Part shown: in pieces, positions 1 through 13,962 of the stretch
Layout of the letters: each line of letters starts with the position of its first letter
Numbering within the stretch: position 1 is the stretch's first letter
Assembly (NCBI GenBank): GCA_964016885.1
Contig: OZ024763.1
Span: 16,864,001 to 16,928,000, forward strand
DNA from: Eledone cirrhosa
Taxonomy: Eukaryota
Direction: 5' to 3'
Length of the DNA: 64,000 nt
Notes under the pieces: generated by a model
Databases searched by the model: none
Told to the model about the DNA's origin: nothing
What the model saw: only the letters and a program-made list of their open reading frames with translations
Position numbers and translations under genes: made by a program

Positions 1-90
1 TAAGGATGTAAGGCAAAGTTAACCTCGGCGAGATTTGAACTGAGAACGCAAAGAGCCATAACTCTGTGCGGCAAAGCATGGCGTGATGTC
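1..90 (-). mobile_element. tRNA-derived SINE family A, partial
   Basis: Matches the family A segment taaggatgaaaggcaaagttaacctcggcgggatttgaactcaga seen in many copies in the window. Confidence 0.75.
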
Positions 91-504
91 ATTTTGACAG
101 ATCAAAGAAGAAAAAAAGAAAAACAAATCCTTTAGATATATTTTTCGTGCTATTTCCAATTCCACTTTTTCTCTATAACCTCTGTTTTGTATAGAACCTT
201 ACTTCCTTTTCATATATATATATATATATATATATATGCCGCAAAGCAAGTTGTCTGACATTCTATTGAGAGAGTGAGAGAGAGAGAGAGAGAGAGAGAT
301 TGGTGATGGTGTATAACAGACAGTCCTACATTTTAGTTCATTTAGAAATAAGAAAATAAGAAAATAAAATAAGATAATATAAAAACAACATAAAATAAAG
401 ATGTAATAGCAATAAAAAATAAATAAATTATAATAATAAATAATACAAATCAAAAATAATAAAAACAAAAATATGATAAAATAATAAATAAATAAAACAT
501 GAAC

Positions 505-1290
505 AAAACTCGATAGAGTGCGTAGCTCGGAAATGAGGGAGTCACTCCAGGTGGGGCTGCTACTTCTCCAAATTGGTAGAGTTAATACTTCACAGCTCTG
601 ATACTATGGGCATGTGGTTAGAATGTCTCAGGAAAGAATCACTGGACAGATTTGTAACTTGGGGATCAGAGAGTCACTCCAGGTAGAGCTGCTACTTCTC
701 TGAATTGAGAGATCACAGCTCTGATACTATGGACATGTGGTTTGAATGTCTCAGGAAAGAATCGGTGGACAGATTTGTAGCTCGGAGATCAGAGAGTCAC
801 TCCAGGTAGAGCTGCTACTTCTCCAAATTGAGAGATCACAGCTCTGATACTATGGGTATGTGGTTAGAATGTCTCAGGAAAGAATCAGTGGACAGATTTT
901 ACGGGTAAAACCAACCGACAGGAGACCCAGGGGTAGACCCTGAGCAAGATGGTTGGATAACATCCTTGAACTTGGTTAGTCACGCTTGGGGATTCAACCA
1001 GATCAGTTGGAGACTGTTGCTACTGACAGGACCCGGTGGAAGGAGTTTTTGAGGACTCTGTCCTTATGACCCTCCCAAGAATCACTGGACAAGTTTTACA
1101 GGCAAAACCAATCGGCAGGAGACCCAGGGGTGTATCCCCCCCCCCTCCCGAGGAAGATGGTTGGATAACACACACATGAGCTCAGCTGGTCTCACTTAGG
1201 AAGATAAGATGGTTGCTTCTGTAAGGACCCACTGGAAAGAGTGTTTGAGGACTCTATCCCCCCGGTCCTCTCAGGAATAAGAGGGTGACA
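505..1290 (+). mobile_element. RTE-clade LINE 3' end with ~3 tandem 123-bp internal units and a duplicated tail
   Basis: Translates to SSEIRESLQVELLLLQIERSQL*YYGHVVRMSQER then RPRGRP.ARWLDNI (RTE C-terminal motifs); homologous to 56880-58070. Confidence 0.75.
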
Positions 1291-1403
1291 GAGAAAATGA
1301 CCGAGAACATAAAATGATATTAAGTAATAATAATATATGTAATAGTAATAAAAAAAATCAAAAAATCTAAAAAATAGATAATATATAACGAAAATAATAA
1401 AAT

Positions 1404-1431
<28 letters not shown>

Positions 1432-1434
<3 letters not shown>

Positions 1435-1620
1435 TGTTTCTAATTAAGGCACAAGGCCAGCAATTACCCAGTGCTATACTGGTACTTTATTTTATTGACC
1501 CCGTAAGGATGAAAGGCAAAGTTAACCTCGGCGGGATTTGAACTCAGATTGTAAAGGGATATAACTATGCTGGAAAGCATGGCGTCTGACCCTCTACTGA
1601 TACTGCCAATCCACTGCCCC
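1432..1620 (-). mobile_element. tRNA-derived SINE family A, full length
   Basis: Minus strand has A-box-like TGGCAGTATC and B-box GAGTTCAAATCC; tail ggccttgtgcc...agaaacaatta; ~20 copies or fragments in window. Confidence 0.85.
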
Positions 1621-1640
1621 AAAATATATATATATATATA

Positions 1641-1980
1641 TGGAGGCACATGGCTTTGTGGTTAGAGCATTGGCCTTGCAATCGAAAGATTGTGAGTTCA
1701 ATTCTCAGACCAGGTGATGTGTTGTGTCCTTGAGCAAGACACTTTATTTCACATTGCTCCAGTTTACTCAGCTGTAGAAATGAGATGATAGGGACTGGGA
1801 TCCATATCATTCCACTGTAAAGTGGTCGTGCAGGTGCCACGGCAAAAAAGCACCCAGCACTCACTGTAAATGAGGTTGGTGTTAGGAAGGGCATCCAGCT
1901 GTAGAAATCAAGCCAAAATCAGTTCCCGTCCCACCCTTGCAAGCAGGGAAAAGCGGACGTAAAATGATGATGATGATGAT
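1641..1980 (+). mobile_element. tRNA-derived SINE family B with RTE-type 3' tail
   Basis: A-box-like TGGCTTTGTGG, B-box GAGTTCAATTC, ccttgagcaagacacttt core, tail cccttgcaagcagggaaaagcggacgtaaaa(tga)n shared with RTE 3' ends. Confidence 0.85.
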
Positions 1981-2099
1981 ATAATAAATGTTAGAATCTT
2001 CTGGAACCCAGAATCAATAGAAAGTATAGTAAAAATGTTTCTCCAATCCCACTTCACCAACTAATTTAATGCTAAACTATTTCTAGAGCAGTTTACTAA

Positions 2100-2954
<855 letters not shown>

Positions 2955-3327
2955 CAGTCTTTCTGGTCAATGACCTTATGAATTTGTCAGTTTTTTTTAT
3001 CTAGAGTTGCCTTTCCTTAGTCTTATAGATTCTACAATATTACATCTGAAATATCAATAGACTCCAGCATACGGGACACTCTTCTTATGTTAGTTCTTTG
3101 GTCTGTTTTATGTGTTGCTTTCCTTGTTTCTTTCTTTCTTTCTTTTTCTTTGATTCTTTTTTTTTTGTTTGTTTCTTTCTTTCCTTCTTTTTTTTTCTTC
3201 TTCTTCTCCTCCTCCTCCTCCTTCTTCTTCGTCTCCTTTTTTTTTCTTTTTCTTCTTCACCACCATCTTCTTCCCCTCCTCCTCCACCTCCTTTGTTGTA
3301 AGAGCAATATAACTCGACGATGTTTAT

Positions 3328-3432
3328 ATATGACGAAGGACCGTGAGAAGTGGAGAGATGCTGTGCTGAATAGGACCCGTTCCAACCCTTGCAAGCAGGG
3401 AGAAGCGGATGTAAAATGATGATGATGATGAT
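3328..3432 (+). mobile_element. RTE LINE extreme 3' fragment
   Basis: MTKDREKWRDAVL then cccttgcaagcagggagaagcggatgtaaaa(tga)n; matches 46508-46605. Confidence 0.75.
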
Positions 3433-3931
3433 GATATATATATATAACTGGGTGCTATTTCCTATATATACTAGCTAAGTAACCCGTCGTTGCTGGGCAA
3501 TAATCACAACAGTATGCGTTTATTTCAAATTCTTTTTTTATTCCATGTCAGACCATGCCACCTCTCAAGGACAACCCCATGAGGAGGACGGATTTCTTTA
3601 TTAATTAGAGTCAATTTATAATGTTTGTATAAACGGTGTTTGTGGTTTTTCTATCCAACGTATACCTGACAATAGGAGAAGTTAGGCTCTTCAACATGTA
3701 AACTGGGAACCCAAAATTGGATTAAAATCTGAACTGACTTTTACCAATCTTACTATGGACAGTAAAATCGAACGTGAGATTTGAATTATTCTTAGATTTA
3801 AATGATTTATTATCAACTTATCAAATCTACCTTACAGATGTCAACATGAATGGATCTGTTACTTTTATCTAAAGACATTTTTTCCAATTCCAACCCGCCC
3901 GTCCCTTCAATCTTTCTTATTTCTCATTCTT

Positions 3932-3968
3932 TCTTCTGATGAAGGACTAGCATCCGAAACGTTACCCT
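3932..3968 (+). ncRNA. Minimal hammerhead ribozyme motif (degenerate), family H3, in module ~3860-4050
   Basis: tctt CTGATGA a gga ctagca tcc GAAAC GTT; 3' strand of stem I damaged; module homologous to 21030-21220 (minus). Confidence 0.55.
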
Positions 3969-4048
3969 CTTCCAGCTATATCAAGCGTTAACCTATATTC
4001 CTTCCATATACTGTACTGATTGTGTTGTTATTTCTGTTTACCTTTTAC

Positions 4049-4084
<36 letters not shown>

Positions 4085-4197
4085 TAGAAATGACTTCTAC
4101 AGGACTAGAACTGTTTCATTCTAAGGAAATCATCAGTACCTTACTTACTGTGGTTAGCCCCAATTGAACCCGGGATACACACACACACATATATATA

Positions 4198-4513
4198 TCA
4201 TCATCATCATCATCATCATCATTTTATATCCGCTTTTCCCTGCTTGCAAGGGTGGGAAGGGAACTGATTCTGGCTTGATTTCTACAGCTGGATGCCCTTC
4301 CTAACACCAACCTCATTTACAGTGAGTGCTGGGTGCTTTTTTGCCGTGGCGCCTACACGGCCACTTTGCAGTGGAATGATAGGGACCCCAGTCCCTAACA
4401 TCTCATTTCTACAGCTGAGTAAACTGGAGCAAATGTGAAATAAAGTGTCTTGCTCAAGGAAACAACACATCACCCGGTCTGAGAACTGAACTCACAACCT
4501 TTCGATTGCAAGG
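4198..4513 (-). mobile_element. SINE family B, 5'-truncated
   Basis: Reverse complement of the 1641-1980 family; abuts the RTE fragment. Confidence 0.85.
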
Positions 4514-4515
4514 CA

Positions 4516-5572
4516 TTCATTGCGTTTCATGCACATCACGTGACCATACCAACATAGTCTTCTCTCGAGTAAATAGCATCTGATCCCTCTTATTCCTAAT
4601 TTCTCACTTAGTTCATTTATGCTTTGCTGTTCGCGTATATTACTATTACACATCCAGCGGAGCATGCAAGCTTCGTTTCTCTCCAGTCTGCGTATATCCT
4701 CTGCACACAATGCCCAGGTCTCACTGCCATGTAACATTGCTGTTCGTATGCAGGCATCATACAGCCTGCCTTTCATTTTTAGAGAGAAACCTTTAGCGGC
4801 CAATAGTGATATAAGCTCTCTGAACTTTTTCCATCCCGTTCTGACTCTAGCTTAGCTACTGTACTTTCAGAGCACCCTCCACCACTGCTGATTTCGTCAC
4901 CCAGGTAACAGAAGGTGTCCACTATTTCTATAGAACCCATCTGGGCAATGAAATGAGCTAGTATTCTGTGGGCACTTGCTGCTACTTATTGCACCTGAGT
5001 ACCGGCCACATATAAAATCTATATTCTTAGTTAGCTTACCTGTGATCCCACTACATCTTTTATGCACCCATACTTTGCATTTGAGACATAAAATGGAGTT
5101 TCTGCCTACTCCTTTCCTACACACTGAGCATGGCCATTTCCCAGATGGGACCAGTGCCCTATTTTCCTTCCTACATATTAGAACTGTAGTCTTAGACAAG
5201 TTAATTTTAAGGCCTTTTGATTCTAGGTCATGCTTCCATGTTTGGAATTTCTTCTCTAGTTCAGCCATTGATTCGGCTATGAGCGTTAGAAGTTCCCATG
5301 GGCAGCCGGTCTTGAACTCCTCTGTTATAACCTGGAGGGCGATAATAAATAGGAGGGGGCTAAAGACAGAGCCCTCATGAACACCAACTTTTACGCTAAA
5401 CTCTTCACTATATTCGTTGTTAATTCTAACCTTGCTGACTGTTTCTTTATACATGGCTTGTATAGCTCTCACAAGCCATTCGTCAATGCCTAGTTTTCTA
5501 AGAGCCCACCAGATAATGGAGCGGGGGACTCTGTCAATGGCTTTCTCCAAGTCTACAAAAGCTAAGTATAGA
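4516..5572 (-). pseudogene. RTE-clade LINE reverse transcriptase fragment, decayed
   Basis: LYLAFVDLEKAIDRVPR...GVHEGSVFSPLLF...PWELL (YADD deleted)...C/H finger...KGRLYDACIRTAMLHGSETW...LCWYGHV; frameshifts. Confidence 0.9.
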
Positions 5573-5577
5573 AGTTA

Positions 5578-5579
5578 TG

Positions 5580-5661
<82 letters not shown>

Positions 5662-5698
5662 ATTTAATATATATTATATTATATATATATAATATATA

Positions 5699-5739
<41 letters not shown>

Positions 5740-5901
5740 GTGTTTTGGTATATATATATATATGTATTATATATGTGTATTATATATGTGTATTATATAT
5801 ATATTTATATGTGTATTATATAATTATATATATTTATATGTTCACATACATATATATATATATGTGTGTATTATATTTATATATTATATGTCATATATAT
5901 G

Positions 5902-5939
<38 letters not shown>

Positions 5940-6242
5940 TATATATATATATATATGTATGTATGTATTATATATATATATATGTATGTATTATATATTT
6001 ATATGTACACGTGTGTGTGTATATATATATATATATATGTATGTATTATATATATATATATATATTTATATGTACACATATGTATATATATATATATATA
6101 GGTATGTATTATATATATATATATATTTATATGTACACATATGTGTATATATATATATATATAATAATATATATATACATATATTTAATGTGTATATATA
6201 ATATATATAATGTGTGTGTGTGTATATACACACACACACACA

Positions 6243-6322
<80 letters not shown>

Positions 6323-6530
6323 ACACACACACACACACGCACACACTATGACATCGACCTCTCAGTATCCAGACAGGAACTGAAATTCTTAGCAGACAGA
6401 ATTTTGCTGATTGCTCATAATTTGTTTCGTCGCTTCTGATTGGTTGAAGTTTAGTTGCCATGGTGACAGGCTTCTCTAACGATGCTTTCTCTGGTGACGA
6501 CAGACGCTGTGGAGATAACGAAGTTTAACT

Positions 6531-6566
<36 letters not shown>

Positions 6567-6605
6567 CAGACACACACACATATACATATATATATAGAGA
6601 GAGAG

Positions 6606-6694
<89 letters not shown>

Positions 6695-6754
6695 CATACA
6701 GACACACACATATATAAATACATACAGACATATTCATATATATACAGACACACA

Positions 6755-6791
<37 letters not shown>

Positions 6792-6834
6792 CATACATAC
6801 AGACACACACACATACATATATATATATATACAG

Positions 6835-6883
<49 letters not shown>

Positions 6884-6968
6884 CACACACACATATACAT
6901 ATATATAGAGAGAGAGAGAGACACACACACATATATAAATACATAGACATATACATATATATATACAG

Positions 6969-6999
<31 letters not shown>

Positions 7000-7085
7000 A
7001 CATACATACATACAGACACACATACATATATATATATATATACACAGACACACACAGACATATATATATATACAGACACACACAC

Positions 7086-7118
<33 letters not shown>

Positions 7119-7292
7119 CATACATACAGACACACACATATATAAATACATACAGACATATTCATATATATACAGACACACACATATATCTATATATATA
7201 ACATACATACATACAGACACACACATACATATATATATATATACAGACACACACACACATACATATATATATAGAGAGAGACATACATACCG

Positions 7293-7323
<31 letters not shown>

Positions 7324-7351
7324 GACATACATACAGACACACACAAGCACC

Positions 7352-7390
<39 letters not shown>
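5578..7390. repeat. (TA)n/(CA)n/(GA)n microsatellites and cagacacacacata minisatellite, with a short non-repetitive island at ~6345-6530
   Basis: Direct inspection. Confidence 0.9.
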
Positions 7391-7394
<4 letters not shown>

Positions 7395-7497
7395 GCATAC
7401 TGACAGATATATATTTAAAAGTTAAACAAGGTTGAATAAATACATCAATGACTAAATTATAACCATCTACTATGTCAGGGTATGTCATGCATCATCT

Positions 7498-7564
7498 TAT
7501 TTTATCTGATGAGGACGTACTGTTGAACTTAACTCAGTACCTCTGAAATATGTTTAATAAAATA
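7498..7564 (+). ncRNA. Type-I hammerhead ribozyme motif
   Basis: Stem I TATTTTAT/ATAAAATA; CTGATGA 7506-7512; stem II GTACTG..CAGTAC; GAAA 7545-7548; UUA triplet. Confidence 0.7.
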
Positions 7565-7619
7565 TACTTGATCACAAGAATATCTATTTTGTTAATATTT
7601 TGAATAAATATCTATCTAT

Positions 7620-7800
7620 CTAGGGCGGGTAGAATTCCCGAGATCCATGGACGAGTTCTCTCCAGCGGTCTCTGTCCCTCATTATCGCTGCCATGTCCTG
7701 CGTCTCCAACAGACCAGTGTCTGTCCTTAGGGCATCATCATACGTTAACCTTGGTCTTCCTCTTCTAGTGTGTGCATGTAGGGGCTCCCAAAGGAGTACT
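7620..7800 (-). mobile_element. RTE/RTEX-like LINE C-terminal fragment
   Basis: VLLWEP..HTRRGRPRLTYDDAL..DTGL...MRDRDRWRELV. Confidence 0.7.
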
Positions 7801-7804
7801 GAGT

Positions 7805-8224
7805 ATATATGCAAAAGTTCTATTTAAATTGTTGGGTTACAACAAGCAAATATTTTTATAACTGATATAAAGCACTTGACAAGTATTTGGAGTAGATATA
7901 CGATATTAATAAATGGAAACTATATTTATAAAACCATATCTATTTCATTATACATATTTCAAGGATACCATGTTAAATTATGGTATGCCTTCATCAGACA
8001 AAATACAATATATACCAGTTTTATAAATAATATATAATAAATATCCTGATGTCTTCCAAAAGTAACGGTCGCATTTTGAAAGGGTACGTCAATGTTTATT
8101 TATAAAACTGGTATATATTGTATTTTGTCTGATGAAAGCATACCATAATTTAACTTGGTATCCTTGAAATATGTATGATGAAATAGATATGGTTTTATAA
8201 ATATAGTTTCCATTTATTTATATC

Positions 8225-8225
<1 letters not shown>
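7805..8225. mobile_element. PLE-like fold-back module (family H1) with two divergent hammerheads (7941-8005 minus; 8121-8185 plus)
   Basis: Inverted arms ~7901-8030 and ~8096-8225; each has tattttgt CTGATGA..stem II..GAAA tatgta T(A/G) atgaaata. Confidence 0.75.
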
Positions 8226-8280
<55 letters not shown>

Positions 8281-8365
8281 GTCAGTATCTGAGATTGATT
8301 TTTAGTTTCAGAACATCCCTTTAAAGGTGAAAGCAGTGATTCTTTGCTTAAACTTTAATCTGTTA

Positions 8366-8415
<50 letters not shown>

Positions 8416-8491
8416 CACACACACATATACATATATATATAGAGAGAGAGAGACATACATACAGGCACACACACACATATATATATATATA

Positions 8492-8632
8492 GAGTCCAGA
8501 ATTAGCCGTCGAAACGGCTTGAGCTCAGCCGTCGGGGTCTTACTTGTTCCTATTACCCACTCTACTACCCTAAGTATTGAGTACTTTGGTGCGTTATGGT
8601 CCACCTGGTTCCTTACCACATTTCCTTCGTTA
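8492..8632 (+). mobile_element. Family C module in (TA)n, carrying the 3' half of a hammerhead
   Basis: GAAACGGCT-tgagctc-AGCCGTC-ggggtc; fixed 3' end ccacatttccttcgtta; about 8 copies in window. Confidence 0.65.
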
Positions 8633-8920
8633 TATATATATATGTGTGTCTGCACGCATTGGACACGTATGTATATATTATATATATATATGTATGTATA
8701 TGTATATGCATGTATGTATGTATATAAATATATATATATGTTTCTGTGTATATATATATATATATATAAATATATATATATAGTCAGTTTATTATAGTAA
8801 TGGCTCCTACAGGACTAGAACTGTTACATTCCTGATGGTATCGAACGAATGAAACACTTCTAACACACACGCAACGCACGCGCGCACACACACACACACG
8901 CACGCACGCACACACACACA

Positions 8921-8952
<32 letters not shown>

Positions 8953-9233
8953 ACACACACACGTACACACAACACACACACACACACGCAACACACACAG
9001 ACGCAACACACACACGCAACACACGCACACACACGCACACACATACATACACACACACGATGATGATATATAATGTGGGTAATATTAAATATCTTCCAAT
9101 TAGAAGTATAAAAATAGCTCAGTGTAAAATAACAAGTATAATACAGAGCAGCCGAAATGCAGTATATAAACATATATATATATATATATATGGAAAGTTA
9201 TATTTAAATTGTTTGGTCACAACGAGTAAATAT

Positions 9234-9268
<35 letters not shown>

Positions 9269-9285
9269 TAAGACTGTCTATATTG

Positions 9286-9351
9286 TATTTTGTCTGAAGA
9301 AGGCATAACATATTGTTAATATGATATCCCTGAAATATATATAATGAAATA
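9286..9351 (+). ncRNA. Type-I hammerhead ribozyme motif, family H1
   Basis: tattttgt CTGAAGA a ggcataacatatt-gtt-aatatgatatccct GAAA tatata TA atgaaata. Confidence 0.75.
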
Positions 9352-9391
9352 AATATGGTTTTATAAATATAATTTCCATTTATTTAATATC

Positions 9392-9429
<38 letters not shown>

Positions 9430-9477
9430 ATGAAATGACAGGAGGCTGGATTTGTGTAAATCCTTCAAAGGTTTATT

Positions 9478-9535
9478 ATACTATGATCATTTCAATGACC
9501 GGGTTCCGTATGAATCCGGTGATATCATCAGGTAT
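9478..9535 (-). ncRNA. Type-I hammerhead ribozyme motif, family H2, in module ~9430-9640
   Basis: rc: atac CTGATGA t atcACCGGATTC-atacg-GAACCCGGTcatt GAAA TGATCA TA gtat; stem III ATGATCAT is a perfect palindrome. Confidence 0.75.
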
Positions 9536-9743
9536 TCGAAATATAATACGTGAATGTAATAGGTAAAATCCATGGGGCTGAAAATCGAGACCCGAGGGCG
9601 ACCGCTATTCTGTTCCTTCAACCTCAGCCGGTCGCCCTGGAGTGACGTGGCTAAAGTTTATAGTATGCTACTACCGGTCAGATAAACGAAAACAGAAAGG
9701 GATGGGAGCATAAGTTAACGTCGATCTCATGACACACACACAC

Positions 9744-9788
<45 letters not shown>

Positions 9789-9791
<3 letters not shown>

Positions 9792-9911
9792 CGAAGGAAG
9801 TGTGGTAAGGAACCAGGTGGACCATAACACACCAGAGTACTCGATATTTTGTGTAGTAGAGTCGAACGGGCCGCCGGAGCTCAACCGTCGGGCTCCTGGC
9901 TCTTTTCCTAT
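9789..9911. mobile_element. Family C module, rearranged/inverted copy
   Basis: taacgaaggaagtgtggtaagg... (minus) joined to a plus-orientation gagctcaaccgtcgggctc segment. Confidence 0.6.
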
Positions 9912-9914
9912 AAT

Positions 9915-10105
9915 AGGGAGGTGGATTGGCAGTATCGGGAGAGGGTCGGACGCCATGCTTTCCAGCATAGTTACGTCCCTTTACGATCCGAGTTCAAATC
10001 CCGCCGTGGTTAACTTTGCCTTTCATCCTTACGGGATCGTCGAAAACTAAAGTACCAGTAATGTACTGGATATTTGCTGGCCTTGTGCCAAAAGTAGAAA
10101 CTATT
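9915..10105 (+). mobile_element. SINE family A
   Basis: TGGCAGTATCGG A-box, GAGTTCAAATCC B-box, family tail. Confidence 0.85.
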
Positions 10106-10118
10106 ATATGTATATATA

Positions 10119-10499
<381 letters not shown>

Positions 10500-10512
10500 C
10501 ATATATATATAC

Positions 10513-10597
<85 letters not shown>

Positions 10598-11043
10598 ACA
10601 CATCTCGGATGTTGTTTTTCGTTATTTCGTGGGCCGAAATGCGACTCTCGATAATTTATATTTATATATATAAGCTTTATAGATTATGATATATATATAA
10701 ATGAAAAGTATAGAAATTATTGTAGCAAGAAGCCAACAGTATTCCATAATATATATATAAGTGACTATAGCGTCAAAATGGAAAAATAGTTAACGTAAGA
10801 TGTGGGAAAATAATTCAAACTCAATTCAAAAAGAATCAGGATATAGATTCATCCACAGAATTTGGTAAAATCCAGGGAAAAATCAATAGAGCCTTATCTA
10901 TATAAGCAAAAGAGATATTCAATTTGTTGGTAATTCAACAAATATAAATGTTTATAACTGATTCAGAGTACTCAACAAGTTTTTCTGGAGTATAATATTC
11001 AATGATATTAAATAAATGGAAATTATATTTATAAAACCATATT

Positions 11044-11104
11044 TATTCTATTATATATATTTCAAGGGTACCAAAATTTTGGTACGCTATCATCAGATAA
11101 AATA
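11044..11104 (-). ncRNA. Type-I hammerhead ribozyme motif, family H1, in module ~10915-11175
   Basis: rc: tattttat CTGATGA t agcGTACCAAAATTTTGGTACcctt GAAA tatata TA atagaata. Confidence 0.75.
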
Positions 11105-11176
11105 CGAAGTGTGTTTTATAAATTTTGACATAACCAAGGAAAATATACCTTAACGGTTCAAGTTTTCCTTGGATAG

Positions 11177-11247
<71 letters not shown>

Positions 11248-11290
11248 GTATATATATATATGTATATATATATATGTATATATATATATG

Positions 11291-11375
<85 letters not shown>

Positions 11376-11377
11376 GT

Positions 11378-11411
<34 letters not shown>

Positions 11412-11868
11412 ATACACATACACACTCACTCACTGTGTCTATATATATATATATACACATACACACTCACTCAAAAGTTATTTGTTTAAGGAAAAAACTA
11501 GCATATATAAGACGTGTCTTATATTAGGGGTGTCTCACACACATACACATTCACACACACATACACACGCACGCACGCGCGCACACACAGACACATATTT
11601 AATGAAATAACAGATTTTAATAAATATTTGCTGTATGGTTTTATATATTTTGATATATATATATATTATCCTTATCGAGCCCTCTTCGGCTTTTTGTCTT
11701 CACATTTATTATTATTACTATATATATATATATATATATATACATACATACGTGTGTGTGTGTGTGTGTATAGTGACATTTCACTCGTAAATGATGTTTG
11801 CTGTTTCCACTAGTGTAAACAGTTAGAAGACTAGAGCGAAGAAATTAAAACTTCTACTCTATTTTTTA

Positions 11869-11908
<40 letters not shown>

Positions 11909-11912
<4 letters not shown>

Positions 11913-12045
11913 AACAAGTATGACCCCGACGGCAGAGCTCTGCCGTCGGGGTCATACTTGTTCCTATTAACCACTCTACTACCCTAAGTATTGAGTACTT
12001 TGGTGCGTTATGGTCCATCTGGTTCCTTACCACATTTCCTTCGTT
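11909..12045 (+). mobile_element. Family C module with perfect 5' palindrome centred on GAGCTC
   Basis: taggaacaagtatgaccccgacggca-gagctc-tgccgtcggggtcatacttgttccta then family C 3' part. Confidence 0.7.
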
Positions 12046-12214
12046 ATATATATATATCTATATATATCTAAACATACATATATATACATATATAGAAATA
12101 TATATCATATATATACATATATAGAAATATATATCTGTAATAATAATGTGTTGGTAGGGTTGTGTGTGTGTTGGTAGGAGTGTGTGTGTGTGTGAGTGTT
12201 GGTAGGGTTTTTTA

Positions 12215-12535
12215 TTTGTTGGTAGGGTTGTGTGTGTGTATTGGTCGGAGTGTGTGTGTGTTGGTAGGTTTGTGTGTGTGTTGGTAGGGTTGTGAATGTG
12301 TCTGCATGTGTGTATGTATGTATTCTCTATAGCTATATAGATATGTGTGTGTGCATGTGTATATATCTGTAATATATACACATGCACACACACATATCTA
12401 TATAGCTATAGAGAATACATACATACACACATGCAGACACATTCACAACCCTACTAACACACACCACACACACAAACCTACCAACACACACACACACTCC
12501 GACCAATACACACACACAAACCTACCAACACACAC
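12215..12535. repeat. Long inverted repeat built from a gttggtaggg/(TG)n minisatellite
   Basis: Arms of ~150 bp mirror around ~12369. Confidence 0.8.
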
Positions 12536-12690
12536 ACACATTTTGCAGACGATATATTTTTGAAAACTGAAGTTTTTTGATGTTGTTTCAACAAATCGGT
12601 CGATTTAAGAAGCACGCTGGGGGAAAATTCTTACGGTCAATAATATTGAGTGGGTCACTTGTGAATATATGTGTATATATATATATATAA

Positions 12691-13005
12691 ACAGTTGTCC
12701 ACCCGTATTCGCGGAGGTTACGTTTCTAGAACACCAGCTAATAGTGAAAAAGCGCGAATATTGGATGTGGTCCATAAAAATGCCTATAAAAGTCAAAACA
12801 TAACGTAAGGTATAGGCCGGCAAATACGGTATATTGTTAGTAATGATTTAGCGTTAAAAAACGTGAAAAAATATATATTGCCACGTAAAAAGGCATTAAA
12901 ATATCACGGAAAATATTTACGATTCCGCGAATATACGCGAATTCCATGAACAATTATTAGTTAGGTTCTAAAGAAAATTCTGCGAATAACCGGGGGTACG
13001 CTGTG
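12691..13005. mobile_element. Tc1-mariner/pogo(Tigger)-like MITE
   Basis: Imperfect TIRs cagttgtccacccgtattcgcgga / tctgcgaataaccgggggtacgctg in a TA context; no ORF. Confidence 0.55.
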
Positions 13006-13042
13006 TATATATATATATTTATATATATATATAATATATATA

Positions 13043-13081
<39 letters not shown>

Positions 13082-13718
13082 TATATATATATATAATATT
13101 TATATATATATATATATAATATATATATATATATAATATATTTATATATTTATATATATATATGTAATATATATATATTTATATATATATATATATATAA
13201 TATATATATATTTATATATATATATGTAATATATATATATGTAATATATATATAGTTATATATATATATATATGTAATATATATATATGTAATATATATA
13301 TATATATATATAATATATATAATATATTTATATATATATATATGTAATATATATATATGTAATATATATATATTTATATATATATATATATATAATATAT
13401 ATATATATTTATATATATATATATATATAATATATATATATATGTAATATATATATATGTAATATATATATATTTATATATATATATATATATAATATAT
13501 ATATATATTTATATATATATATATATATAATATATATATATATTTATATATATATATGTAATATATATATATTTATATATATATATATGTAATATATATA
13601 TATTTATATATATATATATATAATATATATATATTTATATATATATATGTAATATATATATATTTATATATATATATATATAATATATATATATTTATAT
13701 ATATATATGTAATATATT

Positions 13719-13775
<57 letters not shown>

Positions 13776-13819
13776 ATAATATATATATATATGATATATA
13801 TATAATATATATATATAAT

Positions 13820-13866
<47 letters not shown>

Positions 13867-13962
13867 TATATAATATATATGATATATATATATCATATAT
13901 ATATATATATAATATATATATATATATAATATATATATATATTATATATATATATATATATA
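13005..13962. repeat. ~950-bp nearly pure AT tract, degenerate (TA)n with tgtaa/ttta units
   Basis: Direct inspection. Confidence 0.95.

Noticed and set aside
1641-1715. tRNA gene
   Set aside because: A/B boxes belong to a multi-copy SINE head; no full cloverleaf. The same applies to 39295-39365 (minus) and 15910-15950.
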